A stretch of 64,000 bases of DNA from Alphaproteobacteria bacterium. Its GTDB lineage: Bacteria; Pseudomonadota; Alphaproteobacteria; Bin95. The notes under the pieces are model-generated. The model was not told where the DNA came from. It saw only the letters and a list, made by a program, of their open reading frames with translations, and ran no database searches. The first letter of the stretch is position 1, and each line of letters opens with the position of its first letter. The position numbers were made by a program, and so were the translations under genes. The DNA lies in contig OZ219786.1 in the NCBI GenBank assembly GCA_964291285.2, positions 640,001 through 704,000 on the forward strand, read 5' to 3'. Of this stretch, positions 23,955 through 34,053 are shown one piece after another.

Positions 23955-24713
23955 ATGGGCTTTGCGCAATCCCTGAGGCTCGACGACAGGACCGCGGTCG
24001 TTACCGGTGCGGGGCGCGGCCTCGGCCGCGGCTGCGCGCTGGCTCTGGCGGAACTGGGCGCGCATGTCGTGGCGGCAGCCCGCTCCGGCGACGAGCTGGA
24101 AAGCCTGGCCGTCGAGATAAGGGCGGACGGCGGCAGCGCGGAAGCTCTGGTGCTGGACGTGACCGACAGCGATGCCGTGCGCCGCGCCTTCTCGGAGCTT
24201 CCGCGCGTGGATGTGCTCGTCAACAATGCCGGCTGGAACCGGCCCCAGCATTTTTTCGACGTCGAGGAATCGGTGCTCGACGCCATGCTGGCGCTCAATG
24301 TCAAGGCGGCGTTCATCGTGGCGCAGGCGGCGGCGCAGCGCATGGCAGAGGGCGGCGAGGGCGGCTCGATCGTTAACATGTCGTCTCAGATGGGGCATGT
24401 CGGCGGGCCCGAGCGCACCGTCTATTGCGCGACCAAGCACGCGCTCGAAGGCATGACCAAGGCGATGGCCATTGAGCTTGCGCCCCACCGCATCCGGGCG
24501 AACACGGTCGGCCCCACCTTCGTCGAGACGCCGCTCGCCGGGCCGTTCCTCCAGAACAGGGAGTTCCGCGAATTCGTGCTGGACAGCATCCCGCTCGGGC
24601 GGCTCGGCGAAGTCGCGGAGGTGGCGGCGGCGGTGGCCTTCCTCGCCTCGCCGGCGTCCTCGCTGATTACCGGGACGAGCCTGTTGGTGGACGGGGGCTG
24701 GACGGCGAAGTAA
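23955..24713 (+). CDS. short-chain dehydrogenase/reductase
   Basis: TGAGRGLG, NNAG, YCATK. Confidence 0.93.
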   Translation: MGFAQSLRLDDRTAVVTGAGRGLGRGCALALAELGAHVVAAARSGDELESLAVEIRADGGSAEALVLDVTDSDAVRRAFSELPRVDVLVNNAGWNRPQHFFDVEESVLDAMLALNVKAAFIVAQAAAQRMAEGGEGGSIVNMSSQMGHVGGPERTVYCATKHALEGMTKAMAIELAPHRIRANTVGPTFVETPLAGPFLQNREFREFVLDSIPLGRLGEVAEVAAAVAFLASPASSLITGTSLLVDGGWTAK

Positions 24714-25290
24714 GCGCAGCCACGCGGGCCTGCAATTCGGGCACGACCTCCGCCTCGAACCAGGGGTTCAGTTTCAGCCAGTTGTTCACCCGCCAGCTCG
24801 GATGCGGGATCGGCAGGAAGTCGGGCAGGTAGCCGCGCCACGCCGCCACGGTCTCGCCGAGCGTCTGTCTGCGCCGCTTCCCGAGATAGCGGGCCTGGGC
24901 GTAGGCGCCGGCCAGCACGGTGAGTTCCACTGCCGGGAGTTCGGCGCGCAGGCGCGGATGCCAGAGCGGCGCGCATTCCGGGCGGGGCGGAGCGTCGCCG
25001 CCACGCGGCAGCCGGCCCGGATAGCAGAAGCCCATCGGCAGGATGGCCACCCGGCTTGCATCGTAGAAGTCCTCGGGCGCGAGGCCGAGCCAGGCGCGCA
25101 GCCGCCTACCGCTTGCATCGTCCCAGGGCACGCCGCTCGCATGGACCTTCGTGCCGGGCGCCTGGCCGACGATCATCAACCGTGCGGCCGTTTCGGCCCG
25201 CAGCACCGGCCGGGGGCCGAGCGGCAGACGGTCGGCGCAATGCGTGCAACCGCGCACCTCCGCCAGAAGCGCCTCAAGCCGCGTGCTCAC
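24667..25290 (-). CDS. uracil-DNA glycosylase-family protein
   Basis: GQAPG, WDDASG, MGFCYPG, PHPSWR. Confidence 0.88.
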   Translation of the reverse strand: MSTRLEALLAEVRGCTHCADRLPLGPRPVLRAETAARLMIVGQAPGTKVHASGVPWDDASGRRLRAWLGLAPEDFYDASRVAILPMGFCYPGRLPRGGDAPPRPECAPLWHPRLRAELPAVELTVLAGAYAQARYLGKRRRQTLGETVAAWRGYLPDFLPIPHPSWRVNNWLKLNPWFEAEVVPELQARVAALTSPSSPRPPTGSSR

Positions 25291-25970
25291 GGCGCGAAGG
25301 CCTCGCCGCCGAAGGGATAGCGGACTTCCTCGCGATAGACCGGCGCCGCGCCGCCGAGCCGGCTCGACATGAGCGAGAAGCCGTCCACGGCGAAGGCCGG
25401 CAGGCGGAACGCGCCACGGTCCCCAAGCCAGGCTGCGACGGCGGCCGGGCGCGCGCCGGCCGTGCGGGCAAGGGTTATGTGCGGCGTGAACTTATACCAC
25501 CGGCCACAGATAAGAACCGATTAGCCTCTCTCGGCGGAGATTACCTCTTGCAGTAGGAGGCCTCGGCTCAGGGGGCGAGCTGCGGAGGGAGGCTCTGCTA
25601 TAGGTTCCAATCAACGACCGTTGGTATTACGCTCTTCCGCGGGAAGGCCGGCACGGACGAGCGCCGATTCGACGCGTCGCCTGAGCGCGGTCAGCGGCGC
25701 CGAGCCGGCGACCCCCGCCCAGACCGCCCGTGGCCGCGCACCCCCGAAGCTGCCCAGCGACTCGATGGCGAGCTCGAATTTCTCGCTGCCGACATGGCTG
25801 AGCGCGTCCGCCAGCTCCTCGGCAAAGCCCCGATCCACCTCGCCGATGAAGCGCAGCGTCAGGTGGTAGTTCTCCTCCGGCGACCAGCGCGCGCCGGGAA
25901 GGCCGCCCGCGAGTCCGGCAAGCTGCCGGCGGATGTCCTCCGGCAGGAGTATCGTGGCGAAGAGGCGCAA
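25287..25970 (-). pseudogene. thpR: RNA 2',3'-cyclic phosphodiesterase (2H family), interrupted by a 132-bp element
   Basis: MRLF, YHLTLRFIG; removing the insertion restores ER-KFTPHITLAR (second HxT motif) and an open frame to TGA at 25287. Confidence 0.9.
25495..25626 (-). mobile_element. 132-bp non-autonomous element (MITE-like), copy B
   Basis: TTA duplicated at 25492-25494 and 25627-25629; reverse complement of 7300-7431 with 2 substitutions. Confidence 0.92.
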
Positions 25971-25982
25971 GGTCCGGCCCGG

Positions 25983-27122
25983 CTACTCGAACAGCGTGAG
26001 GACGCCTGTATAGCCGTAGATCCGCCCGCCCGAGAACTCTCCGTTGGCGAAGAAGCCGGCAAGCGGCAGGTCGCCGATCTCCTCCCGGACGATTTCCATC
26101 TCGCCGTCCTCGGTGCCGAACATGTGGGGGCCGCGCGCGAGGCAGGAGACATAGACGCCGCCCTGCGCCGGCCGCGAGAGGCGGTCCTTCACGCTCCGCA
26201 GCATGCGGCGCAGGTCCGCTTCCGCCGCCACCGGGTCGCGCCGCACGAAGAACAGGCGCTCGCCCGGATCGATCAGCGCGCCGAGCGCAACGATGCCGTC
26301 CTGCGCGTCGAGGCCGATGATGTTGCGGACGAGATAGTCGGCCTCGGACGACCCCGGCACCGGCCGCGCGGCGTGCAGCCAGTGCGCCACCTCGCGGATG
26401 CGGGCGACGGAATCGAGGCCGAGATCGCTGCAGAGCACGTCGAAGGCCGGCTCGCCGTCGATCTCCAGCACGAGATTGTTGTGGGATCGCGTGACCGTAC
26501 GGGCGGGGCCGATGGGCGCGCAGCCCTGGCTGAGCCCCGAGACGACGCCGACCGCCTCGCCGAAGACCAGGCCCGAAACCACCCCCTCCTCGACGGAGCC
26601 GGCAAGCTGGGATGTCGGTCCTTCGGCGGACGCGATGCCGCCGACTGTGAACGCGCCGAGCGTTTCGGAGAGGTCGGCAACGATCTCCCCCATGTTCCCG
26701 TTGCGCGGGTCGGCATGGAGCAGCGCCGTTGCGCGCGCCTGTCCAGCGGCCCAGCCGGCGAGGCCCACGCCCGCTTCGGCCGTGTCCTCCCTGATGCCAG
26801 GCACGAGGCGCACGGCGTCCTCCGGGAACCCGAAGGCGGCCGCGGCAATTGCGGGCCGGCCGAAGGCGGCGCGGCCAGTGCCGCAAACGCCCATGCCGAC
26901 CGTGCCCGCCCAGTCGATGATCCCGGTGTCTTCCTTGAGCGTCTCGACGACCTCGGGCAGACGGTCGGCGATGCTGTCGCTCACATAGACGATGCCGGTA
27001 TTCGCCCCGGCGGCGCCTTCCGCCAACGCCGCCCGGACGGGGCCGAGCGCCGCCTGCCAGTCGCCGCCCTCACCGAACCCTGCCGCGATAGCCGCCGGCC
27101 TTTCTTCTCCCGCGCCGCTCAT
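25983..27122 (-). CDS. FIST domain signal-transduction protein
   Basis: SQGCAPIG, YLVRNIIG, YVSCLARG, LAGFFANGE..GYTGV. Confidence 0.88.
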   Translation of the reverse strand: MSGAGEERPAAIAAGFGEGGDWQAALGPVRAALAEGAAGANTGIVYVSDSIADRLPEVVETLKEDTGIIDWAGTVGMGVCGTGRAAFGRPAIAAAAFGFPEDAVRLVPGIREDTAEAGVGLAGWAAGQARATALLHADPRNGNMGEIVADLSETLGAFTVGGIASAEGPTSQLAGSVEEGVVSGLVFGEAVGVVSGLSQGCAPIGPARTVTRSHNNLVLEIDGEPAFDVLCSDLGLDSVARIREVAHWLHAARPVPGSSEADYLVRNIIGLDAQDGIVALGALIDPGERLFFVRRDPVAAEADLRRMLRSVKDRLSRPAQGGVYVSCLARGPHMFGTEDGEMEIVREEIGDLPLAGFFANGEFSGGRIYGYTGVLTLFE

Positions 27123-27132
27123 GCTGCCCGCC

Positions 27133-27915
27133 TTACTCCCGGCCGCTGGCGCCGGGCCGTCCGGAGGATAGCGCCAGAAGGCTCGCGACGTAAGGCTTGA
27201 GGCGGGCGGCGACTGCGGCGGCGCCTTCGGCATTGGGATGGATGCCGTCCGGCTGGTTGAGCAGGGGGTCCGCTGCCACACCCTCCAGGAGGAAGGGGTA
27301 GAAGACCACATCGTAGCGCGCCGCCAGCCGGGGATAGAGGCTGTCGAAGGCTTCCACATAGGCGCGGCCCAGATTGCGCGGCGCCTTCATCCCGGCGAGC
27401 AGGACCGGAATGCCCTCGGCCGCCAGCCGGTCGAGAATGGCGGCGAGCGCGGCTTCGGTCTCCGCCGGGTCGAGCCCGCGCAGCGCATCGTTGCCGCCGA
27501 GCGCCACCACGGCATGGCTCGGCCGGTCGCCGAGCATCCAGTCGAGGCGTGCCAGCCCGCCTGCCGCCGTGTCGCCGGAGACACCGCCGTCCAGCACCGC
27601 CGCGTCGATGCCGTCCGCCCTGAGCCGCTTGCGCAACTGCGCCGCAAGGCCGTCTTCCGGCGCCAGGCCGTAGCCCGCCGCGATCGAATCGCCGAGGAGC
27701 AGCAGCCGCGCCTCCGCCGCCGCTGCGCCGGATGCGTCGAAGAGCGCGACGGCAAATCCGCAGGCGAGCGCGACATGAAAAATTCTGGCGATATTTTTCC
27801 ATCGCGCCGGAAAATGGAAAGAACTTTTCCATCGTGGCCGGCCGGCTTGCCGGACAGGCGTTTCGGGTCGACACTTCTTCATCGGCGTTTCGATGGGCTG
27901 GGGTTTCGCCATCAT
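27133..27915 (-). CDS. tesA: arylesterase / acyl-CoA thioesterase I (GDSL/SGNH); start uncertain
   Basis: LGDSIAAGYG, GVSGDT, LGGNDALRG, DGIHPN. Confidence 0.9.
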   Translation of the reverse strand: MMAKPQPIETPMKKCRPETPVRQAGRPRWKSSFHFPARWKNIARIFHVALACGFAVALFDASGAAAAEARLLLLGDSIAAGYGLAPEDGLAAQLRKRLRADGIDAAVLDGGVSGDTAAGGLARLDWMLGDRPSHAVVALGGNDALRGLDPAETEAALAAILDRLAAEGIPVLLAGMKAPRNLGRAYVEAFDSLYPRLAARYDVVFYPFLLEGVAADPLLNQPDGIHPNAEGAAAVAARLKPYVASLLALSSGRPGASGRE

Positions 27916-28717
27916 GTCTGCTGCACAAAGGGCCGGACACTATATCCGGGCAGCGCGCCGCCGTCCTGCCGCGCTGGCGGCCGGGGCGGCGCTGGCGCTG
28001 GCGGCGGGTTCGGCGGCGGGCGCCGGCGACCTCTACCTGCGCCTCGGCGCCGGCCTCGACCGCCCCGCCGGGACCGCGTTCGCCGACCGCGACTGCTCTC
28101 CCCCGTCCGGCCAGGCGCTTTACGGCTGCGGCAGGGGCGCGGACGGCGCTCCCTACCGCACGGTGGGCGGCTTCGGGACGGCGGCCGTGCTGGAGGCCGG
28201 TCTCGGATGGGCCGTCCGGCCGCGGGTCCGGCTGGAGGCGCTGGTCGAATACCGCCCGCGCCTCGCGTTCGAGGGCCGGGCCAATTTCCTCGCGCCCGGC
28301 CGCCGGCAGGAGGTTGCGGCGCGCCTCTCGACGCTTTCGGCCATGGGCGCCGTCTATCTGGGCCTTGCCCCGTCCGGCCTCCTGCGGCCCTTCGTCGGGG
28401 CGGGCGCGGGCCTTGTCCGCACGAGGACCGGGGATGTCCGCATGACGTTCCCGGCGACGACGACAATCGTGCCGGGCGCGGGGCGGACGGGTTTCGCCTG
28501 GATGGCGACGGCAGGGGTCGCAGTCCCGCTCGGCGCGCGCACGGCGCTCGACCTCTCCTGGCGCTACAGCGACCTCGGCGAGGCGCATACGGGCACAGGG
28601 GGCGGCCGCGTCGTCTGGCGCGACGGCAGCAGGCCGGCGCGCCCGCTCGACCTCGCCCCGACGCGGGCGCGGCTCCGCTCCCACGGCCTCCGGGCGGCGC
28701 TGCGCTACACCTTCTGA
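27914..28717 (+). CDS. outer-membrane beta-barrel protein (opacity/Omp25-like)
   Basis: signal-like N-terminus, PFVGAGAG, LDLSWRYSDLG, terminal ALRYTF. Confidence 0.78.
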   Translation: MSAAQRAGHYIRAARRRPAALAAGAALALAAGSAAGAGDLYLRLGAGLDRPAGTAFADRDCSPPSGQALYGCGRGADGAPYRTVGGFGTAAVLEAGLGWAVRPRVRLEALVEYRPRLAFEGRANFLAPGRRQEVAARLSTLSAMGAVYLGLAPSGLLRPFVGAGAGLVRTRTGDVRMTFPATTTIVPGAGRTGFAWMATAGVAVPLGARTALDLSWRYSDLGEAHTGTGGGRVVWRDGSRPARPLDLAPTRARLRSHGLRAALRYTF

Positions 28718-28814
28718 AACGCCGGCGCCCGCTGCGGCATCCGGCGCGTTGAACGGGGCTGCCGCCGGGCCATATGCGCCGGGGGGACCGGCCGGAAACA
28801 GGGGATGCGCGCGC

Positions 28815-29492
28815 ATGGCAGGCTCGGACTGGGCGGTGGAGCTGGAAGATGTCCGCCTGACATTGGTGAGCGCCGCCGGTCCGGTCGATGTGCTGCGCGG
28901 CATCGACCTCGCCGTGGCGCCCGGCGAATCGGTCGCCGTGGTCGGCCCGTCCGGGTCCGGCAAGACCTCGACCCTGCTGGTGGCCGCCGGGCTGGAGCGC
29001 GCGACCGGGGGCCGGGTCGCGGTCGCCGGCCGCGACCTGGGGACCATGACCGAGGACGAGCTCGCCATGCTGCGGCGCGAGAAGGTCGGCATTGTCTTCC
29101 AGTCCTTCCACCTGATGGCGACGATGACGGCGCTGGAGAACGTGGCCGTGCCGCTGGAACTCGCCGGGCGGCGCGATGCGCTTGAGCGGGCGCGCGCCTG
29201 CCTGGAAGCGGTCGGCCTAGGGGCCCGCACCGGCCACTATCCGGGCCAGCTGTCCGGCGGCGAGCAGCAGCGGGTCGCGATCGCGCGCGCCTTCGGGCCG
29301 GCTCCGGCCGCGATCTTCGCCGACGAGCCGACCGGCAATCTCGACGTCGAGACCGGCCGCCGGGCGCTGGACGCGCTGTTCGGCCTCGCCGCGGACGGCG
29401 GCACCACGCTCGTCCTCGTGACGCACGATGCGGACCTTGCGGCGCGCTGCGCGCGCCAGGTGCGGATCGAGGACGGTCGCATTGCGGACTGA
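28815..29492 (+). CDS. ABC transporter ATP-binding protein (YbbA-like)
   Basis: GPSGSGKT, LSGGEQQRVA, ADEPTGNLD. Confidence 0.92.
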   Translation: MAGSDWAVELEDVRLTLVSAAGPVDVLRGIDLAVAPGESVAVVGPSGSGKTSTLLVAAGLERATGGRVAVAGRDLGTMTEDELAMLRREKVGIVFQSFHLMATMTALENVAVPLELAGRRDALERARACLEAVGLGARTGHYPGQLSGGEQQRVAIARAFGPAPAAIFADEPTGNLDVETGRRALDALFGLAADGGTTLVLVTHDADLAARCARQVRIEDGRIAD

Positions 29493-31989
29493 CCTCGCGC
29501 TCGCCTGGCGGCTGGCGCGGCGCGAAATGCGCGGCGGGCTCGCCGGCTTCCGCATCTTTCTCCTCTGCATCGCCATCGGCGTTGCGGCGATTGCGGCGGT
29601 CCACTCCGTCAGCATGGCGGTCCAGACCGGCATTGCCCGCGACGCGCGCGCGCTGCATGGCGGCGACCTTGCGGTCCGCACCACCTATGTGCCGGCGGAC
29701 GCCGCCGCCCGGGCCGATTTCGCCTCGCTCGGGCGCGTCTCGGAAGTGGTCGAGATGCGGGCCATGGCGCGCGCCGGCGGCGGCGCGGCCCTGGTCGAGC
29801 TCAAGGCGGTGGACGGTGCCTATCCGCTCGCGGGCGCTCTGCGCCTTTCCGGCGGCATGGCGCTGGCGGATGCGCTCGGCGACGGCGGCGCCGTCGCCGA
29901 GGCGACCCTGCTGGAGCGGCTGGGCGTCTCCGTCGGCGACCGGATCGAGGTGGGCGACGGGTCCTTCGCCATCCGCGCGACCCTCGAGCGCGAGCCGGAC
30001 CGCGCCGTCGGCCTCTTCTCCTTCGGGCCGCGCTTCATGCTCGACAGGGACGGGCTCCGGCGGACCGGCCTGGTGCAGCCCGGGAGCCTGATCCGCTACA
30101 AATACCGCATCGCGCTGGACGAGCCCGGCCGCACGATCGCGGAGCACCGCCGCCTTGCGGGCGAGTATGCCGACCGGGGCTGGCGGGTAACGGGCATCGG
30201 CTCGGCCGCCCCCGGCCTCAGGCAGACTATCCGGCGGCTCACGCTGTTCATGACGCTCGTCGGGCTCGCGGCGTCGATCATCGGCGGCATCGGCGTCGCC
30301 AATGCGGTGCGCGTGCATCTCGCCTCGCGCCGGCCGGCGATTGCGACGCTCGGCTGCCTCGGCGCGACGCCCCGGCTGATCGGCCTCACATTCGGCCTCC
30401 AGATCGCGGCGATGACAGTGCTGGCCATCGCCATCGGGCTCGCCCTGGGCGCGGCTGCGCCCTACCTGTTCGTCGGGCTGCTGGAGACCTATCTGCCCGT
30501 CGATCTGGCGCTCGGCGTTTATCCGGGGCCGCTTCTACTGGCGGCCGCTTTCGGGGCGCTTACGTCCGCCGTCTTCTCCCTGCCGCCGCTTGCCGCCGCC
30601 GCCCGGCGCCCGCCGGTTGCGCTCTTCCGCGATGTCGAGGCGGCGGGCGGCGAACGGGCCGGCCCTGCCGCGGTTCTGGCGTCCGCAACGCTGGCGGTAC
30701 TGCTCGCCGCGCTTGCGGTTGCGACGGCGCCGGACCGGGTGCTGGCGCTCTGGTTCGTCGCCGGTACGCTCGCGGCCTACGGCATCTTCTTCGCGGCGGC
30801 GACGGCAACCGTGCGGCTTGCGCGCCGCCTGAAGAGCGCCGGTCCGGGGGCGCTCCGCCGGGCGCTGGCGGCGCTCGCGCGGCCCGGCGGCGAGACCGGG
30901 GGCCTCCTGCTGTCGCTCGGTTTCGGCGTCACCGTGCTGGTCGCCGTCGCCTCGGTCGAGGAGGGGCTGTCCCGCCAGTTGAGCGAAGAGATCCCGGCCG
31001 ATGCGCCGACCCATTTCTTCATCGACATCCAGCCCGGCCAGGCGACGCGGTTCGACGCCGTCATAGCGGAGACGCCGGGCGCCGTGCTGGACCGGCGCAC
31101 GCCGCATCTGCGCGCCCGCATCGCCTCGATCGACGGCGTGCCGGCGGCGGAGGCGCAGGTGCCCGAGGACGCGCGCTGGGCGATCCGCGGCGAGCGCGGC
31201 CTCACCTGGTCGGCAAAACAGCCGGAGGGAACGGAGATCGTGGCGGGAAACTGGTGGCCGGCCGACTATCGGGGACCGCCGCTCGTCTCCTTCGACGCCA
31301 ATCTGGCCCATGCCTTCGGCCTCCGGCCGGGAGACCGGATCGGCTTCAACATCCTCGGACGCACCATCGAGGCGGAGGTCGCCAATCTGCGCCGCATCGC
31401 CTGGCGGACGCTCAGGATGCAGTTCACCACCATCTTCGCGCCGGGCGCGCTGGAGCGCGCGCCGCAGACCTATATCGCTACCGTCCGCACGCCGCCGGAG
31501 GCCGAAGCGGACCTGACCGCCGCCATGGCCACGGCGCTCCCCAATGTCTCGGCGATCCGGGTGAAGGACGCGCTCGCGCTGGTGACGGAGCTGGTGGCGC
31601 AGATGGGCGTCGCGATCCGCCTCGTCGCCGCGGTCGGGCTGGCGGCCGGTCTCGCGGTGCTGGCCGGCGCCATCGCTGCGGGACGCCGCCGCCGCCAGCG
31701 TGACGCGGTGGTCTTCAAGGTGCTGGGCGCGACCCGGGCCGACCTCGTGCGCAGCTACATGCTGGAGTTCGCCATGCTCGGGGGCGTGGCGGCGTTGCTC
31801 GGCTCGCTGCTCGGCCTCGCCGCCGGCTATGTGCTGCTGGAGAGGGTCATGGACATCGCCTGGACCGCGCCCGTCGTGACGGCGGCGGCGACGGCGCTGG
31901 CGGCGGTCGCGGTGACGGCGCTGTTCGGCTTCCTCGGCACATGGCGCCTGCTCGGCCAGCCCGCCGTCCCGGCGCTCAGGGAGCCCTAA
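29482..31989 (+). CDS. ABC transporter permease (YbbP/FtsX-like)
   Basis: AWRLARREMR, FFIDIQ, KVLGATR; its stop TAA lies in the IS target CTAA. Confidence 0.9.
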   Translation: MRTDLALAWRLARREMRGGLAGFRIFLLCIAIGVAAIAAVHSVSMAVQTGIARDARALHGGDLAVRTTYVPADAAARADFASLGRVSEVVEMRAMARAGGGAALVELKAVDGAYPLAGALRLSGGMALADALGDGGAVAEATLLERLGVSVGDRIEVGDGSFAIRATLEREPDRAVGLFSFGPRFMLDRDGLRRTGLVQPGSLIRYKYRIALDEPGRTIAEHRRLAGEYADRGWRVTGIGSAAPGLRQTIRRLTLFMTLVGLAASIIGGIGVANAVRVHLASRRPAIATLGCLGATPRLIGLTFGLQIAAMTVLAIAIGLALGAAAPYLFVGLLETYLPVDLALGVYPGPLLLAAAFGALTSAVFSLPPLAAAARRPPVALFRDVEAAGGERAGPAAVLASATLAVLLAALAVATAPDRVLALWFVAGTLAAYGIFFAAATATVRLARRLKSAGPGALRRALAALARPGGETGGLLLSLGFGVTVLVAVASVEEGLSRQLSEEIPADAPTHFFIDIQPGQATRFDAVIAETPGAVLDRRTPHLRARIASIDGVPAAEAQVPEDARWAIRGERGLTWSAKQPEGTEIVAGNWWPADYRGPPLVSFDANLAHAFGLRPGDRIGFNILGRTIEAEVANLRRIAWRTLRMQFTTIFAPGALERAPQTYIATVRTPPEAEADLTAAMATALPNVSAIRVKDALALVTELVAQMGVAIRLVAAVGLAAGLAVLAGAIAAGRRRRQRDAVVFKVLGATRADLVRSYMLEFAMLGGVAALLGSLLGLAAGYVLLERVMDIAWTAPVVTAAATALAAVAVTALFGFLGTWRLLGQPAVPALREP

Positions 31990-34003
31990 CCCGACTTCCG
32001 CAACTCGGCTTGAGAATCGACTGATTTGACGGTTTTCCGGCGCGAGAAGTGTCGGATTTCGGTGCAGTACCTCTCGGGACCGGCTTGTAGTGCCGACCTA
32101 CCCCCTTGATCGGGCTGGCGAAGATCCGGACGCTGCGCTGATGTTCGTGCGCTGCAAGAGACGCTTCAAGGACGGCAAGGAGCACCGCTACTGGAGCGTT
32201 GTGGAGAACGTCCGGGTCCACGGCGGTCGGGTTGTTCAGCGTCAGGTGCTCTATCTCGGGGAGATCAACGACAGCCAGCGAGCGGCGTGGTGCCGCTCGA
32301 TCGAGGTGGTGGAGGGCAAGTCGCGATCACGGCAGATGGCGCTGTTTCCCGAGGACCGGGAGGCGCCGGCGCTGACTTGCGAAGTGGTGAAGATCGACCT
32401 CTCGCAGGTGGCGCTTCACGACCCGCGCCAGTGGGGGGCGTGCTGGCTGGCGCTGTCCTTGTGGGACCGCCTGGACCTGGACCGCTTCTGGGAAGAGCGG
32501 CTGCCGGCGAGCCGGCAAGGCACGCGGTGGCTGGACATCCTGAAGATCCAGGTCTGCTACCGGCTGATCGACCCGGGCAGCGAGTGGCGCCTTCACCGTC
32601 ACTGGTATGAGCACAGCGCGCTTCGCGATCTTCTGGGTGGCGAGCGGGCGATCGCCGACGACACACTCTATCGCTGTCTCGACAAGCTGCTGGCGCACAA
32701 GCAGGGCTTCTTCTCGTTTCTGCGCGACCGCTGGGCGACGCTGTTCGAGGCGCGCTTCGACGTGCTGCTCTACGACCTGACCTCGACCTACTTCGAGAGC
32801 GATCCGCCGTTCGATGACAAGCGCCGCTTCGGCTACAGCCGGGACAAGCGGCCCGACTGCGTGCAGGTGGTGATCGCCCTGATCGTTACGCCGCAGGGCT
32901 TTCCGCTGGCCTATGAGGTGATGCCGGGCAACACCTCCGACGACACCACGCTGGCGGCGTTCCTCAAGAAGATCGAGGATCAGTATGGCCGCTCCGAGCG
33001 GGTGTGGATCATGGACCGCGGCATCCCCACCGAGGAGACGCTGGCCGCGATGCGCGAGGGCGAGGCGCCGGTGCGCTACCTGGTGGGCACGCCCAAGGGC
33101 CGGCTGACGCGGCTCGAGAAGGTGTTCCTGGGCCTGCCCTGGCAGGAGGTGCGCCAGTCCGTGACTGTCAAGCTTCTGGTCGAGGATGGCGAGCTCTACG
33201 TCCTGGTGCGCAGCGAGGGGCGGCAGGTGAAGGAACGCGGCATGCGCCGGCGCCGGCTGAAGAGGCTGTGGCGTCGATTGGCCGAGTTGCAAGGGCAGTC
33301 GAACAGCCGGGATCAGTTGTTGCTCAAGCTCGGCGCCGCCAGGAAGGAGGCCGGCCGGGCCTGGAGCCTGGTCGACATCACCGTGCCCGGGACCGACAGC
33401 GAACTCGCCGCCAACGGCTTCTCATTCCGCCTGCAGCGCGACCGGCTGCGCCAGGTCCGCCGCCGCGAGGGCCGTTACCTGCTGCGATCCAACATGGTCG
33501 CCGAAGACCCCGCCACGCTGTGGCATCTGTACATGCAGCTCGTCGAGATCGAGCAGGCGTTCAAGGAACTCAAGCACGACCTCGCGATCCGCCCCATCTT
33601 CCATCAGCGCCAAGAGCGCATCGAGGCGCATATCTTCGTCTCGTTCATCGCCTACTGCCTGCTGGTGACCCTGAAGAACCTCGCCCGGCCGCGCGCCCCG
33701 GGCCTCACCCCACGCGCCATCCTTGAGGCCTTCGCCACCATCCAGATGGTGGACGTCCATCTGCCAACCACCGACGGCCGGCACCTCGTCCTGCCGCGCC
33801 ACACCCGGCCGAACAAGGAGCACGAGCTACTGCTGCAACAGCTCGGCATGACCTGGCCGCAGCAACCCGCACCCCGGATCTCCGCCTGACGGCACACGGC
33901 GCCGCCTCTCCGTTCGCCGCCTTGTAGTGCCGACCCTCGGGGAGACGATCAAGGCTATTCAATGAGTTAGCATCCTCATGACCCCCGAGTTGCGGAAGTC
34001 GGG
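31990..34003 (+). mobile_element. IS1634-family insertion sequence, copy 2
   Basis: same terminal inverted repeats; CTAA duplicated at 31986-31989 and 34004-34007. Confidence 0.93.
32141..33889 (+). CDS. IS1634-family transposase
   Basis: same as copy 1 except R for H in LARP(R/H)AP. Confidence 0.9.
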   Translation: MFVRCKRRFKDGKEHRYWSVVENVRVHGGRVVQRQVLYLGEINDSQRAAWCRSIEVVEGKSRSRQMALFPEDREAPALTCEVVKIDLSQVALHDPRQWGACWLALSLWDRLDLDRFWEERLPASRQGTRWLDILKIQVCYRLIDPGSEWRLHRHWYEHSALRDLLGGERAIADDTLYRCLDKLLAHKQGFFSFLRDRWATLFEARFDVLLYDLTSTYFESDPPFDDKRRFGYSRDKRPDCVQVVIALIVTPQGFPLAYEVMPGNTSDDTTLAAFLKKIEDQYGRSERVWIMDRGIPTEETLAAMREGEAPVRYLVGTPKGRLTRLEKVFLGLPWQEVRQSVTVKLLVEDGELYVLVRSEGRQVKERGMRRRRLKRLWRRLAELQGQSNSRDQLLLKLGAARKEAGRAWSLVDITVPGTDSELAANGFSFRLQRDRLRQVRRREGRYLLRSNMVAEDPATLWHLYMQLVEIEQAFKELKHDLAIRPIFHQRQERIEAHIFVSFIAYCLLVTLKNLARPRAPGLTPRAILEAFATIQMVDVHLPTTDGRHLVLPRHTRPNKEHELLLQQLGMTWPQQPAPRISA

Positions 34004-34053
34004 CTAAAGGGTGGTTCCCGGCAGGCGGGTAACGGAAAGGGTAGCTGAGCGTA

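Larger units (their letters stand above)
31927..34028 (+). repeat. 84-bp direct repeat, copy 1 (31927-31989 plus 34008-34028, split by IS1634)
   Basis: ggcttcctcggcacatggcgcc...cagggagccctaa|agggtggttcccggcaggcgg matches 34539-34622 with 6 mismatches. Confidence 0.85.
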
